Source: Octopus sinensis (lineage: Eukaryota). From it: DNA of 64,000 bases. The DNA lies in assembly GCF_006345805.1 (NCBI RefSeq), contig NC_043009.1, positions 4,526,001 through 4,590,000 on the forward strand. Reading direction: 5' to 3'. The notes below the pieces were generated by a model. That model worked only from the letters and a program-made list of their open reading frames with translations. It was not told the DNA's origin and did no database searches. Position 1 is the first letter of the stretch. The number at the start of each line of letters is the position of its first letter. This document shows positions 41,644 to 54,990 of the stretch, one piece after another. Position numbers and translations under genes: made by a program.

Positions 41644-42697
41644 CTATTTTTTACATATACGTATTTATACACACATATAGACGTATATATACTCATGCAT
41701 TTAGACTTATATATAAACTTATAAGCACACACATATATCTATATTAATACAGGCGTGTATGAATACATATATATGCCTACATACATAATGCGTACATTCA
41801 GACACATACACACCTGTACATGCACATATATACACACGTTATTATATTCTCGAACTTTTATCACCAACAGTGAATGTTTTAAGAGTTGTTTTATAACGTA
41901 TTTTATTTGTATATTTATATTTATTCTTTTGTACTTATGTTGTCACTATGTCATTTCCTTTCCGAAAAAAAACCTACGATCAAACACGTTGTTGTTTTGG
42001 TAATGATGGCTTTATAGATCCAAGACGTATAGAGGAAGACTTAATCCAATTTGTCGTGGATGTAATAGGACGATAGGCCATGCAATCAAACACAATTCGC
42101 GTTACTCTTTCTGCTCGTTGGATCGTAAGGATTTTAAAAAATTAAGTCCGTTTTGTTCCCATTCAGATTAATATGAATAACAATATTTTAGTCTAGTGCT
42201 ATAGCGGAATCGCTTGAGCGGCAGGAAAAATAAGTTACAACATATAAATTTCTCAATGCATATCTTCATTTTATAGAAACTTGAAACAGTGATTCTGGGC
42301 AGGTACATGCAATGTCTCTTGTCTCTCACTTGCAAATTTAATGCCTGATTGAAACAAATGGAGCCATTTTTTCTGCTCCTCGCCTCATCAAATAGCATCA
42401 ATAAAAATAAGGAGACCAATGAATGGTCTTCGTTTAACATTTAATTTTCATAATTTCCAGATGAGATAAATACATACGCACACAAACACACACTTATACA
42501 TACATACAACATACATACATGCATATGTGCATATATAATATATAATATATATGTATATATATATATAAATATATATAGTTAAATGTAATTTATATGTTTA
42601 CATGTCTCCCGGGTTCAGGCTGTCACTTATTTATTGTTACATATGCCGGTATGTGTTCATGTTAGATTTCCTTTTTTCCTAAATGTATACTTCCGTT

Positions 42698-42742
<45 letters not shown>

Positions 42743-42759
42743 GCGCGCGTGTAACTCAT

Positions 42760-42920
42760 AGTGGTTGCCTGCTGTTCAGAAATATACAATTCAGCAACCG
42801 CAGCCCAGGGCCCGATGGTTGAATCTTCTAAGATATGAACTGTGAGGTCAGCATCCGAATTATTACAGATGTTCACTCCATTTTCCCTTAATATTCCATT
42901 ATCCTTCACTAAAGACGCCA
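42760..42920 (-). CDS. Candidate coding exon (x)ASLVKDNGILRENGVNICNNSDADLTVHILEDSTIGPWAAVAELYISEQQATT; 3' boundary unresolved
   Basis: Strong acceptor cgttttttattttttttcatttag; only the phase-1 frame is open; non-repetitive peptide between two microsatellites. No canonical GT donor found (ACT|atgagt sits where one is expected). Confidence 0.45.
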
Positions 42921-42991
42921 CTAAATGAAAAAAAATAAAAAACGAAAAGTACTTTCGTTCCCTTTATCTCCCTCTCTCTGCATATATATAT

Positions 42992-43044
<53 letters not shown>

Positions 43045-43308
43045 ATAAGAGCAAATTACAAACCTCCAAGTAATAATTTCTCTATTATAAAAAGTAAAAA
43101 TATGGAATAGTTATAGGATCAAGAAGGCCTCCCAAAGCACTCATGTACTACTTTGCCCTATGGATGCCTTCAGTGGGGTCCTGACCTTGTCAAAAACACG
43201 AATGCACATATATATTACATCTACATGCTTTCTCACTCTCGCTCTCTCTCTAACTCTCCCCCTGCATGTTTGTATCAATGATATATATATGTATGTAGAT
43301 GTATGATT

Positions 43309-43339
<31 letters not shown>

Positions 43340-44045
43340 TACATTAAATATATATATATATATATATATCTATATATATATATATATATAGATATATAAA
43401 TATATTTATATGTATATATATATATATATATTTTATATATATATATATATATAATCCCATATACATATATACATAAATATTTACATATGTACTCACGCAT
43501 ACATATGTGTCTATATATTTGCACACACAGAAAAATATATACATAAGCATCTACATACACACACATCCACATATACGTTAGTATGCCTCTCTCTCTTCTC
43601 TCTCCTCTCTCTATATATTATATATATATATATATAAGATATATATATATATATATCGGTGTGTGTGTGTATGTGTTTTTTGTGTATGTACGTTTATGTG
43701 TTTATGTGACAGGTAAAGTTGCCATTGGATAGATTGACATCTTTTCAATCGGCCATACACTGAAAAGACGTGGAATTAATTCTCACAAAAGGTTTTCAAA
43801 TAAAGAAATAAATAAACCATGCAAAATACATCCACATCGATTGATACTCTCACATAGATATTGGGATATGAGTAAAGACACACACACCCATACGTATATA
43901 TAGAATATGAATACAACATATAACACGTTCTATGCAGTTTTTTTTAACATATCCTTGATATTACGACGCCTTCCAGTCGAATTTGTAGATGGACATTTTG
44001 TGAAAGATGGTCCCATGTGTGTGTGCATGTATATATATATACATA

Positions 44046-44444
44046 TATAATTATAAACAGGGCAAATTGTAGCTATTCCTCCGCATACTGAAAAAAATGG
44101 TGAACAACCTGAATCGATTTTCGAAACTTACTGAATTCTCATCAGTGACGTTTACGAAATTCTGTCAATCTCCGTTGAAGCAATCAGTCAAACTCTTTAT
44201 AAAATCAACAAATGCAGCAGTTGCTCTATGAAGAAGTCCCTAATTTGCATACCGAAAGTGTTTAACACTCTATAAATACCACCGGTCTGTCAACGGGGAT
44301 ATTAGTCTACACAATATCAAAGTATGATGTAATGAATATGTAGCATATGGTATAATTATAAACAGGGCAAATTTTATCCATTGCTCCGCATACTGACAAA
44401 ATACGAACAACCTTAATCGATGTCCGAACCTTTTGGATTCTCAT
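44046..44444 (-). repeat. 305-bp-period direct repeat (44046-44142 / 44351-44444) carrying a hammerhead-like motif
   Basis: Copies are about 80% identical by eye. Minus strand at 44145-44110 reads CTGATGA-GAATTCAGTAAGTTTC-GAAA-ATCGAT-TC. Confidence 0.7.
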
Positions 44445-44673
44445 GAAATACATATAACAATATATATATATATATATTATATATATATACACACACACAC
44501 CTATATATATATATAATCACACACACCACATATATATATATATATATACACACATACACAACATATATATATATGTGTGTGTGTGGTAATATATATGTGT
44601 ATATATATATACTATATATTATATATTTATATATATATAAATATATATATATATTTATATATAATATATATAT

Positions 44674-44729
<56 letters not shown>

Positions 44730-45340
44730 TACATTTACGTGAGTATAGAGATGAGATGCCCTGTCTGTGTGCGTGGGGTAGTCCTCCATTGACATAACTG
44801 CAGACTGCGTTCCAATATGTCTTACTTTATTATTTCTTATTGAATTTATCTCACATAGATTCTGTATGTTCATTGATATTTTTCAATATCAGGCAAAATA
44901 ACGAGATCTATTCGAAAAATTTCCATTTTATATTCATATGTATATATATATTGTATATGTATTTTTCAAAACCAATTTACGCTAAGAAAATTTAGCAGGA
45001 ATAGCTTCTAGCCATACGATATTTTTAAATATTACACTGTAAGCTGATAGCAAAAGATAAAACTTAAACGGGACTGATACGAAAAGATTAAACTTAAATG
45101 GGACTGATTTCCATTTTACGTTCTGTAGAGATCTCTGCGTTACTTTCGAATCATTAACGATATGCAGCAGTGCTTACGTATTTATCTCCCTTGTCTCTTG
45201 ACAATTTTATCGATTACTCTCTTTATGCGTTCTTGTAGCTCTAGTGAGTATCATTCTTGGAATGCGTCGAAGTATTAATTTTTTCCTTCCAGTTTTAAAT
45301 GGGCTAGTACACTATACACACACACACACATATATATGTA

Positions 45341-45409
<69 letters not shown>

Positions 45410-46370
45410 GCATATATATATTGATATATATTATATATATATAGTATATATTGGATATATATTATATATATATATGTATGATATGTATTATATATGTATA
45501 TATATATATGTGTATATAATATATGTATATATATATAGGTATATATATATATATATGATATATATATGATATATATATATATTATATATATACAGACATA
45601 CATATATATATATAATTATTTATTTATATAAATATAATATATATATATTATATATATATATATATATAGATATATATATGTATATATATGTATGTATGCG
45701 GGTATAGACACACATTTGTGTATGTACATTTGTATCTGTGTGCATGTCTGTGTACAGGTACAAACGTATACAACTATATATATATATTGATTGATACATA
45801 CATACGTACGTACATACATACATACGTTCGTGTCTGTGTTTTTGTGTACCTCTATTAGTTATTTAGGTAGATTTTTTTCAGTGTGTTAATAGTACTGAAA
45901 AAAAAGCTAAATGAAATTCGACCGTCGTTTGTGTAATTGCGTGACATACCTCAGATAGTCTTTCACAGCGATGCTGAGTATTGACATAGTTTCATCAGAT
46001 ACTTTGAGTTCTTATTTTAACAATAAGAGGATTGGCTAGGTTGTTCTTTGTTGTTGTTGTTGTTGTTGTATTATATTTTCCTTGTTGTTTAGTCCTGGCT
46101 CAGCCTTGACCGAGCAGATGTATTATTAAGTGAATGTATTATAAAAGACGAGATAATCACATGTGATTGATTTTCGCGCAACACATTTCTGGATTACGTG
46201 CAGCATGTCGTGTTCGATGAGGGAAAATTTGAGTGTCATTTCAACCAAGGGGTGTATATCAGTGGTGTAGGTTAATGGAAAAAAGGTCGTGTATTTGAGG
46301 CGATCGGGAGAAAATTGGCTGTTATTTCGATCATGTAAACTTATATTACTTCCAATAACTGTTAATGTAT

Positions 46371-46540
46371 TAGGCACAAGGCCTGCATTTTTTAGGGGGT
46401 GAAGATTAGGTGATTGTATCAACCCCAATATTTGACAGGTATATGATTTTATCGACCATTGATGGACGAAATGTGAAGTTGCTCTAGGTGAGATTTGAAC
46501 TCAGAACCTAAAAAGTCGGAAGGAATACTGCAATGATATT
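46371..46540 (-). mobile_element. Decayed SINE family C
   Basis: aggcacaaggcctg...ttttatcgacc...atttgaactcagaac. Confidence 0.7.
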
Positions 46541-47589
46541 TGAATCCATCGTATTGTAATAATAAAAAAAAAAAATGTGTCATGTACTAAAATAATATAT
46601 TCGCCTTTCAAACTCCTTATTCTGTTAAATATCGGTTCAGCTAACTAAACGGCAATGTACACCAATTGGAATAAATTAATTAGAAATCATTGGAATATTC
46701 GCAGAAGCTAAGCTGGAACAGCAGGAATAATTACTGCCAAACATGCTACAGCATTGTATTTTGAAAAGCGAGGGTGTCATCAACTGTGAAGTAATTCCAA
46801 TGAAATGAATGAGAATTACAAATATAACGTTTGCATGTTACTAATTGGTGACTTCCTGGTTATTTAAAAGTCTAAAGCTGTAGTTAAATAAATATTTATA
46901 CACATGGATTAGTATACGCACACATTTGATATTTGACATTTTCAAGTATAGAGATATACTTGGCATACAATCATACAAACACAACGCGATATATAAGAGC
47001 GTGCGTGTATGTTTTTGCTGGTATGTATGTATGTATATATGCGCATACTTGTATAATTTTATTTTACAATCTTAAGGGCCTTGGAGATCATACTACAGTA
47101 CTTATCAGACACAGATAATAACAGTTTCTAATATATGCATTTCGTTTTATCTCCCGTTTGTATAAATTATTGTCTGTATGTGTATGTGTAATATATACAT
47201 ATGCAAGATTATAGATTGATAGATCCTATTTAGACATAGATATCAATGTTTTCAATCGTTACATATGTATATCTACATACTGATAACTATGCATTGAATA
47301 GCATTATAGTATTTTATTTGATGAACGGCTCATGATGTATAGAATTATTTTTATGGTACATAACAAAAATTTCATTTGACTTACGTATTGGCTAATTTCA
47401 TATTGAAACGGGAGAAAACGAGATGTCTGAGATTCAAAATATAATTCTGAGCGTTACAAACAATGATACAATAATAATATGTTGTGGATCACATTCCGAG
47501 GGATTGAGAAACCAGCTTCGAGAATAAGATTGACAGGAACAGCTTCTTCCTTTCTTTGTATGTATGCATATATGTATGTATGTTATGTA

Positions 47590-47870
47590 TGTATGTATGT
47601 ATTTATGTTTATAATTATAAAATATAATACAAAATGGGACAAGAACGCAAAACATCCGGACAACTAGGTGATACAAAAAGAGACAACAAAACATCTAGAT
47701 AGACGACACACAAAAAAAACAAGGACGGGTCATTCGAAACCTTTTATCCTCAGTCAAGAACTGGATCATCCTCTCAATTTCGGCTGATTAATCTTGAGAT
47801 TGCTCCAATCTGGTCTGCCCCAAGGAAAAACTAAGCTAAGAGCATTAGATTCCTTGGAAAAAAGCATCGA
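47590..47870 (-). mobile_element. Unclassified repeat end, possibly a Penelope-like pLTR relic
   Basis: GC-richer segment followed on - by a T-rich tract running into (CATA)n, the same layout as the hammerhead cassettes. No canonical ribozyme core. Confidence 0.3.
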
Positions 47871-47912
47871 ATGTATACGAAAACAAGGACGGAAAAACAA
47901 TATATCTTTATA

Positions 47913-47970
<58 letters not shown>

Positions 47971-48554
47971 TTGGACCTATACATATAGAACAATGTACGC
48001 ATATGTGTAACTATGAGCATAAGTATATGTACGTGTGTCCTTGTATGCGTGTGTATTTGCGAACCTGTCTATTTAACTATTTATTTATCACTGTATCAAT
48101 CTTCGTGTCTTGCTTTCAACCCTTCACACATACTCGCGTATTGTGTGTGTGTGTACGTGTACATATGTGCATACCTCCATACATGTATAAACTTGTGTAA
48201 ACACACATACACGCACAATACAGTATGTGCCTCTGTTTCTGTGTGCGTGTGTGTGTGTGTGAATTTGCGTAATGTTGACATAATCCTAATTGCAGCTGTT
48301 CTAAATGGAAGTGGTGATCACCGTTTGCTTGCGTGTTTAACCTATGTGTAAGACATATTGCAACGAAGAGCAAACTAGAGGATTGTGAATGGCGCCCGAT
48401 TACATTTTCTGTGTAAGATGACATTAAGTAGTTTTAGCTTAATTTCAATGTCGACATATTTGAAAAAAAAATAAAATAAAAAAATTATGATTTGTAAGTC
48501 TCACCCAGAACATGAAATAAAAATAAAAGGTCAAAAATATATGAGCATGGACAT

Positions 48555-48605
<51 letters not shown>

Positions 48606-48616
48606 TATAATAAATA

Positions 48617-49150
48617 CCCTGACGCAGTGTCAGGCAGTGGCTCTCATGGCTTCTGATCTTCACTGATTGGAAATGTTATCATGTACATTGTTTTGTCGTG
48701 GTATTAAAAAGTGGGCTACGACAAATATTCTGTTCAATACCACAGATTCACTTGTCACATCCTTGAGCACGTCCCTTAGTGGCTGACGATATGTGCATCT
48801 CTGATTACGGGCAGGAATTATTGGGGAGCATCATAACCATCTGTTGAGAGGAATCCTTCACCTTTGGAAACATGGGTGTGTTGTTCATCATCCTTAAACA
48901 ACCCTTAGTCAGGGACCTTTTGAGCGGGATGGGCAGATAGGCTACCCGACCTGAAGAAAATTTTAACAGGGCCCCACCTACAAGGTCATGCGCTGTTTAT
49001 CTTGATATGAGATCACTATGTCGTACACATGGTTGTGATGGATGTGCCTGATGAACTCCTATCTGTCGTGATGGTTATACTGGACTTCGTATATTTTACC
49101 TCATTGTCACTTTGATGGCATGCGCTGCTCTCTCACCCAATAATAACAAT
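48617..49150. mobile_element. Unclassified ~530-bp interspersed repeat between (AAT)n tracts
   Basis: Abrupt GC-richer block starting with the hairpin CCTGAC-gcagt-GTCAGG and ending ctcacccaataataac. Resembles an abundant Octopus repeat from memory; single copy in this window. Confidence 0.5.
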
Positions 49151-49347
49151 AATCCTTTCTACTAAAAGCACAAGGCTTGAAAGTTGGTGGAGGGGTGGGG
49201 ACTAGTCGATTCCATCTAGTCCTGGGTTCAACTGGTACTTATTTTACCGATATCGAAAGGTTGAAAGGCGAAGTCGACCTCGGCAGAATTTGAACTCAGA
49301 ACGTAAAGACGGGCTAACAATTCTGCCCGTTCGCCGCCTTTATAATG

Positions 49348-49403
<56 letters not shown>

Positions 49404-49858
49404 TTTTCCACAGGAGCAGCCATTTTGAGGGAGATGTGCCGATTACATCGACCCCAGTGTTCAACTGGTACTTATTTTATCAACTCCGAATGGATGAAAA
49501 GCAAAGTCGACTTCAGCGAAATTTGAACTCAGAACGTAGCGACGGGTGAAATACCGCTAAGCATTTCGTCCAGTACTCTAACGGTTCTCCCAGCTCGCCG
49601 TCTTAATAATAATAATAATGATAATAATGATGATGATGTTGATGATTTCCGATTTTAGTGCAAAAGCAGTAATTTTTGAGAGAAAGGATGTGATTCCTTC
49701 CATCGAAGTTTTTGACTGGTGTTTATCTTATCGACCCCCGGGTGAGATTATAGACAATGTTGATCTCGGTTAGACTTGAAATCAGAATACAATTCTACAG
49801 CGGTAATGCTGTAGTACATATTCTTTCGTCGCTCTAATGATTCTGATTGCTTGGCTTC
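49149..49858 (-). mobile_element. Three stacked family C SINEs separated by (AAT)n (about 49149-49340, 49401-49603, 49645-49858)
   Basis: The first two contain aagtcgac.tc.gc...aatttgaactcagaacgta; the third is strongly decayed. Confidence 0.8.
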
Positions 49859-50696
49859 TATTATTGTCAAAATGGTGACGGATGAGATAGCATTACGAAA
49901 ATATTTCTACCCATATCTTTTAGCATCGGGTATGAAGAACATCACTTATGAAAGAATATAATGACCGTTAGACTGGGGACAGCCATCCAGAGTTAATCAC
50001 TGAACCCCACAAATATCAAAAATCGTCCTGCCTAAGATAGGAAGGCGAACTCTTCCAAAATTCTGTGAACGGTTTACTGTACTTTTTCTGGGTATGCGCA
50101 TCTACGCAAGGTATGGTTGCCTCTCTGACTATCTTTTCAATTTGTCGTTAAATCTAAGGTCAAGGTATTTGGTTGTAGGACATATAATTCTGCCCAGCTC
50201 AGTTATTGATTGTTTCTCATTTAAATTCCATCTACGTTTTGCTGCGCATATTCAGTACATGCGCGTCTATACAAGTCATGGCAGCCAAACTCTTTGCGGG
50301 CTATTAGCATGTCATTTGCACTAGGCCATGTTAATTGGTTGTAGGACACACAGTTCCATCGAATTCGTTTATTGACTCTCCAAGTTATCGACTGCACAAG
50401 GATGAAAGATAGGCAAAAATAACAATAAGATAATGAATTTAAAATAATGATCAATACATAAAAAAAACTGAGCTTGCCAAACAATCAATACAACCTTGCT
50501 TGTGATTGAATAGTAGTAAGCTTCCTTACAGTGTCAGCTAAATACTAAATTGCTTGCCAGATCAATCGCATAACATACATATATACTGGACTTGTATTAT
50601 AGACATTTAACGTTTTTTTCAATATTTAGCATTTTCCTATGTCTCAGGTACGAGATATAGCCTATAGGTGTTGTGAAGTAGCAAATATTTCTGAAG

Positions 50697-51107
50697 TTTC
50701 TTATTTCTTTATTGCCCACAAGGGGCTGCACACAGAGGGGACAAACAAGGACAGACAAACGGATTACGTCAATTGAATCGACCACAGTGCGTAACTGGTA
50801 ATTATTTAATCGACCCTGAAAGGATGAAAGGCGAATCGAATTTGAACTCAGAACTAGCCGCAGACGAAATACCTATTTCTTTATTACCCACAAGGGGCTA
50901 AGCATAGAGGGGACAAACAAGGACAGACATAGGTATTAAGTCGATTAAATCGACCCCAGTGCGTAACTGGTACTTAATTTATCGACCCCGAAAGGATGAA
51001 AGGCAAAGTCAACCTAGGCGGAATTTGAACTCGCAACGTAACGGCAGACGAAATACCGCTAAGCATTTCGCCCTGCGTGCTAACGTTTCTGCCAGCTCGC
51101 CGCCTTC
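50697..51107 (-). mobile_element. Head-to-tail family C SINE dimer within a single 13-bp TSD
   Basis: aatatttctgaag at 50684-50696 and 51108-51120; internal junction gaaatacc|tatttctttatt at 50873/50874. Confidence 0.9.
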
Positions 51108-52686
51108 AATATTTCTGAAGCTTCGTGAAGCTGCAACTATACTTTAATAGCTTAATAATCACATTGTACGACTTCTCATGAATGAAAACAAATAACCAAG
51201 TCATTGAAATCCTGACACATGCATTCCTTTTTTGCCAAATATACACAAACTTAAATTGGCATCATACATTTATTTGTTTCCTTGTTCAGTGTGAAATCAT
51301 ACTATAATGCAGCGAATTATTAAACCAACCAACTGGGAGAACGCTGTTTAGGCCAAACAATTTTCTAAAAATAGCAACTCAAACTCTCTCAAAACATATT
51401 CTACTGACACATTCTATAGTGTAGTCCAAATTACACTCATCATGTATTCAGAGAAAAAACAGCTGAACTCATGGTACCTGCGATCCTCCAAAGAGTGGTG
51501 AGAGGAACGAAGGAATTAGTCCTCACAGTGGAGCTCTGCTTATTTTTCGACAGAATAAAAGACATTGAAAACACACAAGAACCCGGTGGTGTTGTTGAAG
51601 CTAGAAGAAAGATTGTCCTAACTGGAAAACATTTCATAATAAGTCGGCGCGATCGGGATACTATTACAAAGAAGTTTATATTTTTGGTTTCATATGACAT
51701 GTAGAACAAATGCCAAATCATTGGAGAGGGGTGTTTATTGTAGTTATATGAAACAAATGATCGCAGCAATTAGAACAATAATAACCATTGTCGGCACCAG
51801 AAGTACCTTTAACTGCTGCCCTCGACACTAATGCAGGAGTTTAAATCACTATGTCACTGAAGATCTGATTGGCTTTCGTAGGAAGAGATGACGTACAGAA
51901 CAAATTCTGCCGTTCTAAACGTTCTAGTGTAGAACCATGTATTCCAAACAATTCTGGTCATCGATTTGACCGATTTCAAAGAAGCATGTAAACATACGTA
52001 CCTTCAGTCACTGTAAAGGATTATACAAATATATCTGATGCCAGAAGAGTTTATAAACATGTTCAAATCCCTGTATTAACAATCTTCCTGCGCTATTAGA
52101 AATATTAGAAATAAGATGGGAATATAGAGTTACTTAACCTTGTCACATGTGTTCGAGAGGGCAGCATGTTACCATTTTGTCTTTCTTGTTTGTGTTAGGT
52201 ACATTATGATAATGACCCCCTTTGCAAAAAAATCGCCAGAGAAGATCTTATGATTCAGTTTTGCTAAGCCATACAGAATGCTGTTCGAAAAACTAATAAT
52301 ATGTACCCTACAATCGAATACAAAGGAAGTTAGACTACGTATCTAGAAAAGACAAGGAATCTAATATCAGGTGACACAAATACCACATATGTTGATTTGA
52401 AATACGAATGTGAAGTGTGTGACGAAATTCTTCGTCATACTTTGTATCGAGAACTACATTAATGCCGCCAGACATCCCTCGATCCGATCTCTCGTTGAGA
52501 GTTATTTCTGTCTGACGATTCTTATGCTCAGTGGTTGTAAACATCTACTTAAACTCAACAGATATTTTCACTGGATTTTATCTGAAACTCAGAGTAATAT
52601 TTTTTATGTAATTCCATTGTGCAATCAAAAATATATTTAACTCTATTTTCAAATATTAAGTGTTACTTCCTTTCCTTTAAGACCAC

Positions 52687-52722
<36 letters not shown>

Positions 52723-52725
52723 TTT

Positions 52726-52758
<33 letters not shown>

Positions 52759-52768
52759 TTTCTTTCTT

Positions 52769-52800
<32 letters not shown>

Positions 52801-53074
52801 TCTCCCTCTCTCACGCAAGCACATACTTATAAACACATATAAATAATGAACAATGTAGCTATGTAATATAGAAATTGCAGAAAATGGTACTAAAGAATAA
52901 TTAAATTGGTATTTGAAGAAGCATTTGAAATATATTGATTTTGTTACTATATTCTGTGTTGTTGTTTACAGTCACATTCAGATCGCTCGCAAATTTTTAT
53001 GTTGTTATGGAAACAAGATAAGAGATACAGCTGATTGAAGTAGATGACAATAATTTTCATATCTCATATATATT

Positions 53075-53184
53075 TTGCTTTTCATGGTCAAGAATATTGT
53101 GGTGGTTGTCGTTATATATGTTTATATATAGACACGTATATATCTGTATGCATGTGTATGTATGTATATATGTGCGTATATGTA

Positions 53185-53221
<37 letters not shown>

Positions 53222-53252
53222 CTTTTCATGGTCAAGAATATTGTGGTGGTTG
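53075..53252. repeat. Perfect 34-bp direct repeat flanking a 110-bp TA/TG-rich insert
   Basis: ttgcttttcatggtcaagaatattgtggtggttg at 53075-53108 and 53219-53252. Confidence 0.95.
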
Positions 53253-53334
53253 GTGCTAATCTATGTAGCAGGGGCGACAACTATTGATGATTCTAATTTA
53301 TTCTGTTATGGATAATATGAGGTATTCCTAGTTG

Positions 53335-53790
53335 GTGATTTTTTATTAACCATAGAAGGTCTGACATAGAGGGGACATTACAACACATTGGGGACATAAA
53401 ACATCATAAAAAATTATCGTATGATAAAATGAGAGAAAGGGTGAAAATGAGAGATGAAAGTGCTGCTAACGGCCCCATCCGCTAGCATCACTTACCTGTC
53501 CTTCCTCCTTAAACCGGAATGAAATGCATATAGTCCTCCAGTTTAGAATTAAATTTCCTTTCCATTTCTGACAATCTTTCCTCTCCAATTTTATATCTAA
53601 CCAGTTTATAGCTTCTCCTTGCACATTCTTCCCCAAGTTCCTTTACCAGGTCTTCCGGAATTACCGTATACATTACCCCCACCCTGTTCTCACAGTCATT
53701 CCATTTTACTTTCCTCCCTGTTTTTTATTATTTCCCGTACTTCTTCATGGTCCCAAATACCAAGAATATTGGCCCTAGTGCCAATGTAAC
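53335..53790 (-). pseudogene. Probable 3' fragment of a non-LTR retrotransposon (LINE)
   Basis: Frameshifted peptide ...KVKWNDCENRVGVMYTVIPEDLVKELGEECARRSYKLVRYKIGEERLSEMERKFNSKLEDYMHFIPV*, then a T-rich 3' UTR ending aataaaaaa. No diagnostic RT/EN motif. Confidence 0.4.
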
Positions 53791-54491
53791 TCACACATTC
53801 ATAAACACATGCACTATTTCTCGCTATTGATCGCTCGTTGACGTATTTTATCGTGTATAGCCATATTTGTCGTGCATGTCCAAAGGTAAGGCATGAACCT
53901 GCCTGTTGTTAATCGAGTTTTCTCTACTTGTTGAATGTTTACCCAGTAATAACCAAATACAGGCATCTATCGTAAAAGTAAAGAATTGTCTCACACAAAA
54001 TCCCATATATGAGTTGTGGAACTCAGTGCAAAATATACAAATACTGGAGATTCTAATGGGTTTTTGGGAGATAAAAATCACAGGATTAATCAATGATTTT
54101 ACAATTCGAACTGTCTTGATAAAAAAAAATAGGTATCTAATGTCATAGGTGGTTTATATTGAGTTTAAGAAGTATAATCACCTATAAAGCTATGGAAATT
54201 TACTTTAATAATTAGACGTGATTTCGAATTTCACCTATATTCATTTGTTTCAAGATCGGTCATATGCGTGTTGTGTGTGTGTGTGTAAGCAATATCAGGC
54301 ATACGCATTAACATAATATATGATGCTTTCATAGCAGTCATGCAGCTTCAGTCGAGGAGGTTTTCCACCGCTGTGTTTATTTGCGCTTTACTGTCAACGA
54401 AATTCAGAAAAGCACGCACCTGACCTCACGTAGTTATCATTCTACCTCTCTGCAAAAATACATGCATACATGAATATGTATGTGTGTTATG

Positions 54492-54527
<36 letters not shown>

Positions 54528-54574
54528 TTATATATATATATATATATATATATATTTGCATACGTACAAAGCTA

Positions 54575-54611
<37 letters not shown>

Positions 54612-54931
54612 CATACTCTCATATATATATATACATACATATACGCACATATATACATACATATACATGCATACACATATGTACATGTCTATATATAAAC
54701 ATATATAAATGCATACATGTACACAAACATATATATATATACACACACATGTCTGTGTGTTTAAATGGTTATGTCCCTCATTGTGTGTTTGTGTATGCGA
54801 GAAAGAGAAAGAGAAAGAGAGAGAGAGAACTGTTGCATTCTGCTGTACAAATGCTTGAATACTAATTGAATATGCACAGCGGGGAAAAGACCGTTATAAC
54901 ATTTATATAGATATTCATTTTCTGTTTATGC

Positions 54932-54990
<59 letters not shown>

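Noticed and set aside
47725-47810. Hammerhead on the - strand (CTCAAGA..GCCGAAATTG; CTGAGGA..TTCGAATGAC)
   Set aside because: Core or stem II/III cannot be completed in either register.
48296-48347. Possible + exon (A)VLNGSGDHRLLACLTY with gtaaga donor
   Set aside because: Weak polypyrimidine tract and no phase-compatible downstream exon found; kept only as an unsupported alternative.
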